Assembly: GCF_001447785.1 (NCBI RefSeq)
Contig: NW_015161963.1
Span: forward strand, 124,001 to 188,000
Length of the DNA: 64,000 bases
Direction: 5' to 3'
Source of the DNA: Gekko japonicus
Taxonomy: Eukaryota
Positions 1-12,935 of this stretch are shown here, piece after piece. Both the position numbers and the translations under genes were made by a program. The first letter of the stretch is position 1. Every line of letters starts with the position of its first letter. The notes below the pieces were generated by a model that did no database searches, had not been told where the DNA came from, and saw only the letters and a list, made by a program, of their open reading frames with translations.

Positions 1-435
1 GTGATTCCATGGATCAACATCTGTCCTGCCTTGACCCGAGCCAGGGCTTTTTCCACCCTAGCCCCTGCCTGGTGGAATATGCTCCCCATTGAGATCAGGG
101 CCCTGCGGGATCTCCTTCAATTCTGTAGGTCCTGTAAGACGGAGCTGTTCCAGCAGGCCTTTGGCTGAGGCAGCGGACGTACAATGTATGGCCTCCCTGA
201 GGTTCTTGTCACCCATTTAACAACTGTTGGCCATTATTTACATCTTACCGTGGGCCAGGACCTCTCACAACCGTTAATCTTTCTACTGTAAGGTTGTGAC
301 CACCATTTTAATGTATATGACAGTGTCTTAATATTTTAATTATGTATTGTATTAACAAAATATTGTTTTTATTGTAATGATGACATGTTGTTGCCCACCC
401 TGAGCCCACTTGTGGGAAGGGAGGGCTATAAATAT
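1..435 (+). mobile_element. L2-clade LINE 3' end fragment
   Basis: CCAGGGCTTTTTCCACCCTAGCCCCTGCCTGGTGGAATATGCTCCCC..GAGATCAGGGCCCTG resembles the squamate L2 ORF2 end; AT-rich UTR and terminal CCCACCCTGAGCCC..GGGAAGGGAGGGCTATAAAT. Confidence 0.6.
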
Positions 436-459
436 GAATGAATGAATGAATGAATGAAT
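435..459 (+). repeat. (TGAA)n microsatellite (probable L2 tail)
   Basis: Directly visible tandem TGAA units. Confidence 0.9.
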
Positions 460-461
460 GT

Positions 462-658
462 GCCCTGACCTGGGCCCAGGCTAGCCCAGTCTCATCAGAT
501 CTTGAAAGCCAAGCAGGGTCAGCCCTGGTTAGTATTTTGATGCGGGACCCCCAAGGAACATCAGGGTTACTACACAGACACAACCAATGGCAAACCACCT
601 CTGTCTCTTTCCTTGAAAACTTCACAGGGTTACCATAGGTCAGCTGCCCTTTCCACCA
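462..658 (+). mobile_element. 5S-rRNA-derived SINE with RTE/BovB-type tail
   Basis: Head TCTCATCAGATCTTGAAAGCCAAGCAGGGTCAGCCCTGGTTAGTATTTTGATG resembles the 5S rRNA internal control region; body CAATGGCAAACCACCTCTG..CCTTGAAAAC. Related copies at 14715-14890, 57662-57858 and 62368-62589. Confidence 0.75.
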
Positions 659-754
659 CAAGAGCCCATATTGCTCTGGATGTACCTGACCAAGTGGGCT
701 TTGCTTCTGGCCAACAAAAGCTACTGTCACAATATGATTAAAGTCAAGGAGTGA

Positions 755-1062
755 TTAAAATGTGGCAGTAAAATGTGGAATCTGCTGCAGAGGATGTAGT
801 GATGGTCACAGGCACTAACGGCTTTAAAAAGGGATTAGATGGCTTCATGGAGCATAGGTCTATCAGTGATTACTAGGCACAGTGACTAAAGGGAACATCC
901 ACATTCAGAGGCAGTAAACCTCTGAATACTAGTGCCAAGAGACAAAATGACAGGAAAGGCCTTGGCCTCTATGCCCTGTTGTTGGCCCTCCAGAGGAACT
1001 GATTGGTCAGTGTGTGAGACAAGATGCTGGACAAGAAGGACCAGTAGTCTCATCCAGCAACC
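755..1062 (+). mobile_element. CR1 LINE 3' fragment
   Basis: GAGTGATTAAAATGTGG..CAGAGGATGTAGTGATGG..AAAAAGGGATTAGAT..GAGACAAGATGCTGGAC; the same family recurs at 21340-21990 and 62020-63290. Confidence 0.75.
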
Positions 1063-1205
1063 TTATATTTAATGGTTTTAAAGGTGCCACAGGACTCCTT
1101 GTAGATTCTCCTTCATAACAGCAAGGACCAGCAACATGCGTTTTGCTGTGTATTTCTGAAGAAAATTGAAAACTCTCTCCAGGAGCCTGCAAAATCACTA
1201 CTCAC

Positions 1206-1260
1206 CCCTCTATTTTCTGGTTCAGGTCTCTGCCCTTGAGGTCGTGGTGGTGTTTTTTCT
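1206..1260 (-). CDS. RNF185: RNF185 coding exon 4 (55 nt): [18 protein letters not shown]
   Basis: tatcttacag|AGAAAAAACA...AATAGAGGG|gtgagt; peptide matches RNF185; phase 2 in, phase 0 out. Downstream exons lie outside the window. Confidence 0.95.
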
Positions 1261-2596
1261 CTGTAAGATATAATTAATTCAGCTGAGTTAAGCACTGGTT
1301 AATTTACAGGCTTGGTACTGCTTGGGTCTTAGGACCCCGGAGCTTGAACGTTCTAGTCATCTCACCCTCAAGTGGTGGAAAGGTGTTCACTAGCTTTCCC
1401 TTGCCACACACCCCTTTAACCCTCTTTGGGTTAACCTCTAGCAGGTCAGCCTATAGGCTTGTAGCTCTTATCAACCCTGAGGAGGAGGAAATAGATGTCC
1501 CCACTAGAAGCTCATCTAGGGATCTTTGTTCATGATGGATTCATAAGTAGCTGCCTACAAATACTTAGCCACTAGTGCAGTGCAAGTCAATGTTCAGGGC
1601 AGAAAATACAGAGGGCATCTTCTCCTTTAGCAGTTTGGTGAACAATCCACAAGACCCTTCCCCAATGAAATCAACAGGAGCTGCGCAAGAGCAGAGTACT
1701 TTCAGGTAGAGCATACTCAGAATAGATGAGTCACACAATAATCCAGCTCTCAGCTCGTTATCCATAACAAAACTCAGTATCTGCCTGAAGCAGCTCCTTC
1801 CTCTCTCCCAGCATAAAGATCAGCACCCAGATTACTTACAGTCCACCCAAGACGGTCAAATGACGTCCACTGCTGTAACTCAGGACTTTTCAAACTGGCA
1901 ACTTTTAGGAAAGCTTTTCCACAACAAATCACCTGAACACATTAAGTTCTGCCGTGGATGTTCTAGGGCATGTTCCAGGGCTCAATTCATACTTACTCTG
2001 GCCAGGGTTGTCTTCACTATTACTTTGCATCCGTAGAATATGCCCAAGAATACACCTAACACACTCCTGTGACTACACACTGCTAGGGAAGCTCACCACT
2101 GGTGGGCAAGCAAACTACCCGTCAGGGAAACTCGCCCGCCATTACTAGCCAGTTCATTGAGGAACCTCTGATGAGTTTCTCAGGGGCTCCAGAATTCCCT
2201 GGCATGCAATTGTAAAACCAGTGGTCTAACGGGCAGCAAGTGCAGTAGCATGGCAGAGCAAAGCCAAGCAGACATCAGAGCATCCAAATCTCTTGTGCCA
2301 GATCAAGGTTTTCCCATTGCTCACACCTTGTTATATAAAACTGCATATGTCCTCACTGAAGTTCCTCTGGCAGATAAGTGCCCTGTAATTAATCTACAAA
2401 TAGTAATAAGCATTTAGTTCTAGCAAGAAGATGTTCAGACAAACAAGGAACGTGTACAGGAATCTGAAGATGTAGTAAATACCTCAGAGAAACAACCCAT
2501 TCCACATGTCTATCACTTCAGCAAATGCCATTCACTGGGTTCCATGTAAGTGAGTGAAACCATGTTTCTAGGAGTGATAACTTTGAAGCGTCTCAC

Positions 2597-2709
2597 CTGG
2601 GGTCCTGTTGTCCAGTACTGCCCCTTCCGTAAAGTGGGATAACTTTATCTCGGCTGATTCCTGCTTTACATACGGGACACACTTGCCTGTTCGGCCTGGT
2701 CTCTAACCA
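2597..2709 (-). CDS. RNF185: RNF185 coding exon 3 (113 nt): [38 protein letters not shown]
   Basis: ttatctttcag|TGGTTAGAG...GACCCCAG|gtgaga; second half of the C3HC4 RING. Confidence 0.96.
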
Positions 2710-2879
2710 CTGAAAGATAAATATGAGAACAATATTGAGTAATATAAATAGAGCCAATGGAAAAGAAGATTAAAGAAAGTCTCAGACAAACCATACTATA
2801 TAAATATTGAGTAGTATCCTACGTAACAGGACAACTATGAACAGCAGTATTCTTAATGATGCAACTGGACTAAAATATT

Positions 2880-4830
2880 ATGTGAACGGATGCAAAAGGA
2901 AAGTCCAGAGCTGTTCAATGTATATAATAGTGATATTGTAATAAATAGTGTAAAGAAATAGAAAAGAACCGCTAAAAATGAAGAACAAGAGATCTGTTCC
3001 ACAAGATCCAAGAAATCAAAGGGAAATATAAAACACAGCTAGGCATGGTGAAAGATCAACATGGAAATACATTAACCAAACAGGACGAAGTAAAGAAAAG
3101 ATGGGACCAATACACTGAAGACCTTTATAGAAGAGGTGAACGGATAACAGATTCCTTCAAAGAACAAACTTTTGAAGAAGAACCTATAGTTTTAGAATGT
3201 AAAGTGAAAGCTGCACTGAGATCAGTTGGGAGAAACAAATCACCAGGAGTAGATGGGATATCAACAGAGCTACCCCAAGTCACAGAAACAGAGTCCATTA
3301 AAATCTGAACAGGAATATGTCAATATGGAAAACAAAACTATGGCCTACAGACTGGAAATGTTCCATCTGCATTCCCAGTCCAAAAAAGGAGACATCAAAG
3401 ACTGCAGCAACTATCAGACCATCACATTAATTTCTCACGCAAGTAAAGCGATGCTCAAAATCTTACAAAGAATGCTAGCACATATGGCACTAGAAAGGCC
3501 AGATGTTCAAGCCAGATTCCAAAAAAGGAGAGGTACCAGAAATTATATTACAAATTTATGTTGGTAACTGGAGCATATGAGAGAATTTCAGATGAAAATC
3601 AACTTGTGTTTCATAGATTACAGCAACGCTTTTGACCGTGTACATAATGAAAAGCTATGGTTGGTTTTAAAAGAAATGGATATGCTACAACATCCCATTG
3701 TTCTGGTACACCTGTTTTTAGTTGGCAAAGATGTCAGGCTAGGATGTATTTTATATCTGAATGTCTTCAATCTATATGTAGAACATATAAGAAAAAGGCC
3801 GGATTCGATTTACATGAAGGTGGAATGAAAATTACTGGAAGGAACATTAACAATTTGAGATATGCAGATGATACCACATTACTGACAGAAGACAGTAAAG
3901 ATGTGAAACAATTACTGATGAAGATTGAAGCAGAAAGTGTTAAAGCAGGCTTACAGCTGAACAACAAGATGACAAAAGTAATTACTACAGGGGAATTAGA
4001 CAGCTTTAAGGCTGATGGTGAAGAAATTGAAATTTTCTATTCCTTGGCTCCATCATCAACCAAACTGGAGACCGCACCCAAGGAATCAGAAGGAGATTGA
4101 GACTGGGAAGGGCAGCCACAAAGGAGCTAGAAAAGATTCTTAAATGTAAGGATGTGTCACTGGTGGCCAAGATCAAAAAAATTCATACCATAGTATTTCC
4201 CATTACTGTGTGAAAGTTGGACAATTAAGAAAGTTGACAGGAAGAAAGTTCCAAGAGTCCTGTAGCACCTTAAAGCCTAACAAAATTTGTGGCAGGGTAT
4301 GAGCTTTCATGAGTCACTGCTGGACTGAAAAACTGCACAGTGACTCACAAAAGCTCAGACTCTGCCACAAATTTTGTGAGTCTTTAAGGTGCTATGGGAC
4401 TCTTGCTCTTTTCTACCACTACAGACAAACACAGCTACCCATCTTGATCTATCTCCAAGGAAGAAAGTTGATTCATTTAAAATGTGGTGTCAGAGGAGAG
4501 TTTTATGGATAATGTGGACCGCCAAAAAGACAAATAAGGGGGTTCTAGACCAAATAATCTCCAAACTCTCCCTTGAAGCTAAAATGACTGAACTGAGCCC
4601 ATCATACTTTTGTCATATTATGGAAAACAAGACTCACTAGAAACGACAAGAAAACTAGGAAAAAGTTGGAGGCAGCAGGAAAAGAGGAAGACCCAACATT
4701 GATTCAGTACAGCAAGTCACAGCCCTCAGTTTGCAAGACCTGGGCGAGACAATTAATGATATGACGTGTTGGAGATCATTAATTCATAGAGTCACTGTAA
4801 GTTGGAAGAAACTTGATGGCACTTAATACA
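2880..4830 (+). mobile_element. Old, frameshifted RTE-clade (BovB-related) LINE
   Basis: ORF fragments with NKSPGVDGI, CFIDYSNAFD, NINNLRYADDTTL; 3' end GAGTCACTGTAAGTTGGAAGAAACTTGATGGCAC. Confidence 0.9.
4251..4457. mobile_element. Penelope-like-element-derived palindromic insertion with 12-bp TSD
   Basis: 68-bp inverted arms 4252-4319 and 4338-4405; TSD AGGAAGAAAGTT at 4239-4250 and 4458-4469; excision restores the host RTE frame. Family assignment is from recalled consensus. Confidence 0.75.
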
Positions 4831-5009
4831 CGAGACCTACATTAGGCTGTAGAAAGTTCGTCCAGCATAAGAAGCCATCCTCCATCTTAAGTGGCTCCTG
4901 TGCTAGAGAAACAACCTCTTCAATTGGAGGAAGGCTTCAAACTTTGCTTAGTGGAGTTGTATGATAACAGATAATATTAGTATGTGTGTTAGATGCCTGG
5001 TGCAAAATT

Positions 5010-5192
5010 GGCTGTGCGGAGAGAACAGCTTATCTGTACACAGAATGTCCCAGGTTCAGTCCCTGGCACCTCCAGTTTAAAAAAGGATCAGGCTGTATGT
5101 GATGCAAAAGACCTCTGCCTGTGACCTTGGAGAGCAGTTGCCAGTCACAGCAGACCATATTGACCTGGCTCAGTATAAGGCAGTTTCCTGCA
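5010..5192 (+). mobile_element. tRNA(Ala)-headed SINE
   Basis: GTCCCAGGTTCAGTCCCTGGCACCTCCAG B-box head, then AAAGACCTCTGCCTG..GAGAGCAGTTGCCAGTC body; copies at 34966-35172, 38562-38763 and 55821-55975. Confidence 0.7.
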
Positions 5193-5541
5193 TTCTCAGC
5201 CCCATCTGCAGCACAGGGATAGTAATACTGACCTACCTTACAAGGTAGCTGTAAGGATTACTGAACTAATGTTAAGTCTTCTGAGCTCATTATTATTAAC
5301 TGTGTCTCCTTACAGAAACATACAAAGAAAAGCTAAGAACCACCCACTCCAACGCAGATTGCAAACGATTGCATGTTAACTCCCATTAGCAAATTGAGTG
5401 GCCCTTGAGGAATTTTAAACACAGTTCATTTAGGAGCGGAAAGGGATATTGCAGCTTCTGACAGAATCCCTGGGGAGGGCTGAGGGAGTGATTGTGCAAG
5501 AACAGCTGATGAAAGACAAAGTAAAAGAAAACCAACCTTAC

Positions 5542-5560
5542 CTGGTGTAAACACGGCCAG
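5542..5560 (-). CDS. RNF185: RNF185 coding exon 2, 19-nt microexon: (C)WPCLHQ
   Basis: ccaaacag|CTGGCCGTGTTTACACCAG|gtaagg; joins phase 2 of the upstream exon to phase 0 of the next and supplies RING ligands. Confidence 0.93.
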
Positions 5561-7423
5561 CTGTTTGGATTTCCAAAGTGATTTGGTTGCAGAGCAGAGA
5601 GGGAAAGAGGATAAGGAAAGGGGGGAAAATCAGTCAATACACATGTGAAACTGCATGTGAACAAACAGAAGAGTGGACCCCAGCAGTACTGGTTCTACAC
5701 TAGTACACTAAAATAAACCAAACATTTCAAAAGGGCAGCAGCAAATATTTTCAATTGCTTCTTTTTCAGAATGTACAATCTGACATAAAGACCACACAGC
5801 TGAAAAGGACAAAGGGACCAGCACAGTTAACTCTCTTTTTTAAAAACAAAACCTTCCACAATAGTATAATCCTCTATAATCCTCCCAGATTACAGCCTGC
5901 AGTAAGAATGCAAAAGGTACACTGTGAGGGCTGCTGAACAGACAGTTTCAAATAACCAGGGCAGCTGACTGATTCTGCCAGAGCCAGGCCAAGATGTTTT
6001 CCCACCCAATGGCTGCACCTCACGATCCAAGACAGACACCCCAGGGTTTCTTGTAAAAAAAAGTCTGAGGATGTTGCAACTCCTGGATCACCTTTGCAAC
6101 ACTACCAGGAAACCCATGGCTGCCTCTGATGACACTGAAAACACTCCTGTCCCAAATGACCACATGGGCTGCTCTACAGTTGGCCCCCAGACCAGGATTC
6201 TAGACCAGGATTCTACTGAAAAGAAGATCCTGTACTGACTTCCCCCATTGTTATGGTATCTCAATAAGAAACAAAGCAAGTAGATGGCACCAGCCAGAGC
6301 AGAAAGCAAGCAATCCTACTGACAGCCACACGTCAATTACTTCTGCCTACGCAACCCATTACATTTAAATTCTCCAACTAAGCACCTGACCTACCTTCTT
6401 CACTTTTAGCTGACAAGCTCATACTTCCCATATAGTGGGAGTAGCTGACACCTATGGTAATTATAGGGAGGGGAAAGTAGAAACCCTAATTTATACAGCC
6501 AAGCTGGACATACACTCTGAAATGGGAACAAGTCAGGAAATTATTAATTCCAGTTTGGCCTAAAGGCTACCAAGCCCTAGATTCAAGCAGTCTGACCCAT
6601 AAATAAGATAAAGTAAAAAATAAGACACAATTACAGCAACATGCCTGCCCTCAAAAGCCCCCTGTTCACAGCTGGGGCTTTGTACAGCTGCAGCAATGCT
6701 TTGAAGTAGCTTCTCACCAGAGCACCCTAAGAGAATGAAACTTCCTTGATCTCCATGAAAGTGTCATGGAGAAGCAGGCCAATGACAAATCAAATTAGGA
6801 TTCATAAAAAGGAGAGCCCACACTTAGGTATAGATCACATGCTCTGCACGCAGAAGTCCCAGGGATGAATCAAGACTTATTTTTCCATTGCTAGAACTTT
6901 CTTGCCCTGTCCACACACACTGTCTGCAACCTACTCATCTCTATGAAATGCTACTCTTGAGGGGGGAGATAAGGAACCCTGAGGAACATGATGGGTCCTG
7001 GAGCAGGAAAGAAGAATCAGAGGAAACTGCCAACTTAATCTGGATCCAAACCACTACCACTCCCAGGTTCAGTCCTCAGCATCTACAAGATCGCAAGCAG
7101 CAGGGCTGAAAAAGACCTCTTGGCCTGAGACACTGATGAGCAAAAAGTACTGACTAGATGGATAAATGGCCAAGAAGTGTGCAATCTCTGAAATGAGACC
7201 AGATTGCTACAAAGGCAGTAAACACACCCACCTTGTTACTTGCCTTTAAAGTAACTGGTTTGGAGGTGAATAGGAAAGGTGTAGGGATAATTCAGTTTCT
7301 TTGGGATTCCCACCACCCTTTTAATGGAAAGTTTTAACTATTATATACCCCACTCAGAACCTTCAGTGTAGAATAGAACATTAACTGAATGAATGGACAG
7401 CTGAACAAGAAAATGACACTAAC

Positions 7424-7596
7424 CAGAAGAGGTGCCCACACAGACTGATCACAGCATCCTTAGCTGTGTCCAAACAGATGTTGCATTCAAAAGTGCTATC
7501 CTGACTGGCACTGTCCCCATTACTGCTGTTTCCACTGGTCCCACCAGTATTGGAGTTCTCCATGGAGGCTGAAGCTGCAGTTCCTTTGCTGGCCAT
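7424..7596 (-). CDS. RNF185: RNF185 first coding exon: [11 protein letters not shown]...[26 protein letters not shown] (ER/mitochondria-associated RING E3 ligase)
   Basis: ATG at 7596; donor TTCTG|gttagt; probable acceptor tctttcgtatccttag at 7645-7646, so the exon spans 7424-7644 including 5'UTR. Confidence 0.96.
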
Positions 7597-10500
7597 TCTT
7601 GGATCCTGATCAAGCCCAGCCAAGAAACTTTTTCCAACTGAGATCTAAGGATACGAAAGACAACTCATTTAAAGGATGCAATCATATTATTTTGCTTAGA
7701 ATGAGACAATAATAAAGGCTGTTTTCATGCAATTAGAGCATTTTGAGTCTTATATCTGTTTCACTTTTATTACAGCCAACAAGAGAAATATTGCACACCC
7801 TGATCTTAACACACAGCTACAATCAACAACAGTAGAACCACAGAAATATCTGTCTTTCTTGTGGCCTTCTTGTCCACATCTTTTAACCAAGCCCTGCTTG
7901 CTCTGCCACAAATATTCATCGTTGCAGTTTTTGAATGCGCTCTAAAATTCACAGTGAAGCATTTCTATACCTCACCCTATCCAGTGAGATCATAATAGCT
8001 TACTCCTGCCAGACACAAGCCCAAGTAGGTTTCAATAAAGAATCAGGGGAAATAGGCCAGTCAGCTTTGCCTTTCAGCAGTGAACACACTCTGCAACCCA
8101 AAAATTAAAAAATTAAGAGCTGCTTTGCTACTTTCAGCTTGTCAGACTGAGCCATTGGTGAACAATTCCAAGATTTTAGTTCGGTGACCTGTCCAGCAAG
8201 CTGCAAGCAAAAATGCTTCGTAGAGTCCCAGCAATGGAAGACTTATGGATGGGCTGCCCAGATGCCAGTACTGGGCATCAGAGCCTGGCTATGAGTTATA
8301 GCCACTCCTGTGGGAAGAAGCTGGTTGCGTTCAGAATCTCAAAGGTCACCCCCTGGCACCTTCCCAACTGGCAAGTGGATTGAAGCACTGGATCAGCCCA
8401 CAACTTGCCTTTCCCTGCCATCCCAGGAGAGTAAGCTCCAGCAGAAGGTTAATGGGGGTAGGTGGGAGAGTAAATTTCCAATCTGAGAGTTAACTGCTCA
8501 GAAAATTGAAATAAATAAACTCAGCCAACCTCCTCCCTGCTGGGACAGTTGCACGACAGAATTTTAGGGCTCAAAATGAAAGCAACCCTAACACAATGCC
8601 AGATGACTCTTCTCAGGCAACTAGCTACAAGCCTGAGTTAGTCAAGTTTACCTTCTAGATCAGGAACTGGAACTTACAAAGGTGCATTGTTCCAAGGCCC
8701 CGTTAATACACATTAGGTCCAGCTATCATTTACTTATAATATTATGTCTAAGTGTTTCGTTCCTGGAACTTGGGCTGTTAAGTATCTTCACCATAACATG
8801 GAGGGCTACTTTTAAATTTTATACTAGCCTTTTTAAATTGGAGAAGATTCCAACCCTTACAAAAATAGCAGCTAAAGAACAGAGCTGGAAGAGTTGGTAT
8901 TTAGGTATTGAAGATAAGCTGACTCATCTGAAATGCTCTAGGTCAATTCTACAGGGTAGAGGAGATAAGTTTATTAAGCTAGTAAACAAGAAACTGACTA
9001 GTTTTGACGGGAAGTTATTGCTGAGAGACGCAAATAGAAAACACTCTCCACTGTATATTTGTCTTTTCCATGCTCTTTTACTCTTTCTAAACATTTTTAT
9101 TTCCCAATGCATAAATATAGAAGAATCTTTACATTGGCATGCTGTAATGCCCTTCCGACAGCAAAAATGGCAGGATAGTACTTAAAAATATCAGTTATAA
9201 ATTGCTTATGTAAACATGATACAAATGAGGTAGAGTCATTAGTTTATGTAATATTCCACTGCCTTCTGTACAATAAACTGAGAGAGAAATATATCATCTC
9301 TTGGACAAGGAATTTAGATGAAACATCTGAGATCCAAAGGATATGTTTTCTTTTAAATGGCTCGTTACAAAAGTTAACCATCAACATAACGAAGTTTCTT
9401 TCAGCAGCATTTTTTAATAAAGGAGAAAAACTTCTCTTAGAGACAGTGGATGGCCTCTTTGGCTAATAAGCTTTAGGAACAGGAAACAAAGGTGCGTCTT
9501 GAACAAAGCTACAACTCTGGAAGACAGTTCAATGGGATATGAGCAGACCCTATTTAGTGGACTATCATTGCACTGGCCTATGGAAGGCCAAATGCATTGT
9601 GGCAGCCCATTATTTTTGGTAACTGATTAGCCAGAAAAGGAGACGTAGCAGAAAGCTACCTGGGAATTCTGCTAAGAGGGTCATTTATCAACATATGCCA
9701 GAAGTAACCAAAAGCCTTTAGTGTTCAACATTCACATTATTATTTTTCCTGTTAGAATGACAGAAGTGTTCATCTGTAAAATCTAAGTACAGCAGCATCA
9801 GATTCAATTGGACAACGTTGTTCCCTATCTGCCACTGTTTTATAGAAGCACAATCTTACAAAGGCTTCTGCTAAACCTTCAGTGAAATTAACAGGAGTTG
9901 CACAACAGCACAACTTTTGTTTTAACTGGTTTGTGACAGAAAACAGTCTGTGCTCATTACAATTTCCATCCTCTTACGCCAACCAAAGCAGATCTAATAG
10001 AAGATAGTGGCATGCCTATTTTATGCACCTGTTCAACTGGCTTCCATTTAAGCCCATCCCTTTTTCATTTAATCAGGTCCTGAAAAGCACACCTGGCAAC
10101 ATTAAAGCTGAACAGAAGACTTCGAGAATTCAGGTTATCAAGACAGCATATTCATGTACTGATTGTAACAACAGTCACCCTATATTTTAGTTGAAAGTCA
10201 AGAGCAATGATTGACAATTAACCAAGATAGAACAATTTCTCTCTTAGTCTATTTCACTTTTCATGAGTAAAACACTAGGCTGCCAACTTGGGTAAAGATA
10301 TAAAAAGTACTCTGCCTTTTAATCAACTGCTCAGTTAAATATAAATAAATCAACCCATCACCAAAACCTTAATATAAAACAACCACAAATATAATGCAGC
10401 AAAGTATTAGATTAGGAATAAGGAGACCTAAGAACTGCATGCCCATTATTTAAAATCTGCCTTTCTCATTGATACTCAACCTGGATTATGCAGCATAAAT

Positions 10501-12687
10501 CACAAGTGGATGCAATCAGTACAATGAAACATCCAATAAGCAATGTAATAGGACTAAGATTACAGAATCTGAAACAAAACATTAGACACTCAGGAGAATA
10601 AAAATGCCTTTTTAACAAGTGCTCTGAACATTCAAATTCACAAATTAAATTCTGTCCCACCAATAACCCCAATAAAGCTCATGAAACTGACGAGAACAAT
10701 TAAAGCTTTCCCCTTATACAACAATGCCAAGACACAATATGCTATATAAGAAAGAACACCTGACACAACTATTCTTCCACAACAGTAAATAGACAATAGA
10801 TCCTAGCCTTGCAAGACTGCCTCATCATCTCTTACCTCAAGAGGGCTGAGCCTGTCCCCTTACTTCTTTTACAAGGAGAAGCACCAGCAACAAAGTCTTC
10901 AGAGTCTCTGCTCTTGAAAATGGCACTTCCCACATGCAGCAACACAATCCTACTGTGGAACTAGAGACGAGTCATGCCCAAACCCAGTTTAAGTACCAAA
11001 TCACCAGAACACAGCAAGTGGGAAAAGAAGAAACCTTGATTTCAACAGCTCTTTTTCATTCAGTTACATCATTTTGCAGGATGTCCCCAAAGGGCAGCTC
11101 TGCAATCAGCTAACTGGCCTTAACGGATACAGCCTGAAGCCTTGCACATTTTCAGTAGTTCATCCATCTCTAGCAAAATTATCAGATTAATTCGTTAAGA
11201 CAAAAAACCCAGCTTGAATCTAACAGCAATTATTTATGCAATTTCCCATCCAGCAAAACCCTCCACTCTTATTTCAGCAGCTGTCTATTGCCTACGAACT
11301 CTGTGCATCCTGCTTTCCGGATATATTTTTGCCAGTGATTTTTCTTCTCCTCCAACTCTACCACTTTCAGCCATCGTAATACTTGAAGCCACTTTATGTT
11401 TATTTTTGAATGCAGGATAGAAATATTAAATGTATTTTTTCTTAATAAAATACTTAGATCAAACTGTCTGTGGCAAGGAAGAAATGCCTCAAGATGACTA
11501 GATTTATAACTCTTAGCAAACTAGCAGAAGAAAACACCAGGGTGTGCTTTACTATTTCACCTTTGAATTGCACACTGCAGCAGCTTTGGGCAGCAAAATG
11601 TTTTGGGTGAACCTCACACTGATCACTGGGAAACCCAAGCAACATTTTTAAATGCCTCCAGACAACTGCTCAGAGAGGCATCAACAATTCTTATTATGCA
11701 TGACTTTCAAATATCTGTTTGCAGGACTGACCCTTTGGTGTCTGAAATATTTCCCCAGACATACTGACAAAGTATACATCTCTTTAGAACACATCTGGAG
11801 GAGGAAGGGGAAGTAATGGAATTCTAGAAATTTTAACAAGAGTATGATCATCTATCAAGAGATACATCTTACTTCTACTCTCTTCTAGAAAGCCAACTTT
11901 TAACACTTTTACCAGCAAGATATTTAACATTCTTCATTTACTAAAAAGGGGAAAAAAGAAATCTAGACAAATGAGTTAGATAAAGCATCTGGATTGGTTA
12001 TCCTGGTCTGGAACTATTATACAATAATACATTTATAGAAAACAAAGTTCTAAATGAAGACCTGGAGATGGATCTATATGGTATTTCAAAGGACTCAAAA
12101 ACATAATAAATCTATTATGATTTCTGGTCCGTTGAATATGGACACACAAAAACCACTTTAGGAGATTACAAAGCAACACCACAATGTCTTAAGATAAAAT
12201 TCAAAGTGAAACCAAGTATTAACAGCAGCTTCTACTGACAGACTGTGCAAAATGCTGCATTTTTGAGTGGGTAGAATGCAGAAGCACAAAAAGGGTAATG
12301 ACTAGCTGGAATTATACACAGAATTTTAGAAACATTTTTTTCCAAAAAAACCCAAAGTGATAGCTATGGCATTTTTCCTAACCTACCTGTGAATTATCCT
12401 GAGGTATCTGCATGCATGCAGAGATATGAAGGCCAATTAAAAAACAGGCACAGGGGAGAAGGGAGAGGCCCCCTCCTCCAAATACCAGATATGGAAACTC
12501 TGGGGAAAACTTGTGAGTTTAGAAACAAAAGCTCTAACACTTACCTGCATTTGATGATGCTATGCTATTAAAGAGCCTGGTGGTATTATTTGCTATATAT
12601 CCAAATATATCGCTGGCAATTTCTTTCTTTTTCATATTAGAGAAGTGTTTGTTTCCTGAGCTGTTACTACAGAAACAAAATTCCTGC

Positions 12688-12724
12688 NNNNNNNNNNNNN
12701 NNNNNNNNNNNNNNNNNNNNNNNN
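12688..12724. other. Assembly gap (N run)
   Basis: Visible Ns. Confidence 1.
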
Positions 12725-12935
12725 TTTCTATATTCTTTTTTTTCGACACGGGGGGGGGGGGTGTGATGCACAGCTGCCTGGATTGTACTGATGGTTCTAG
12801 CCTCCAGCACCTCTTCCCATGCATACACACAAATAACAATAAACCATAACCTCCCCAGCTTTAACTGTTTCTACGCCACTTTGAAAATCCATGTTTGGAC
12901 TCTAAAGGTAGATCAACATTTTAAGACCATTCCAG

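Noticed and set aside
462-560. 5S rRNA gene
   Set aside because: Diverged, lacks 5S termini, continues into a SINE body; multiple copies, one with a TSD.
1300-1800. Short ORFs in the RNF185 intron
   Set aside because: No recognisable domain or splice-supported exon.
1206-7596. RNF5 rather than RNF185
   Set aside because: MASKG start, [26 protein letters not shown] and [25 protein letters not shown] match RNF185.
8682-9185. 167-aa plus-strand ORF
   Set aside because: GTG start, no recognisable protein; AT-rich, probably the antisense strand of a decayed LINE.
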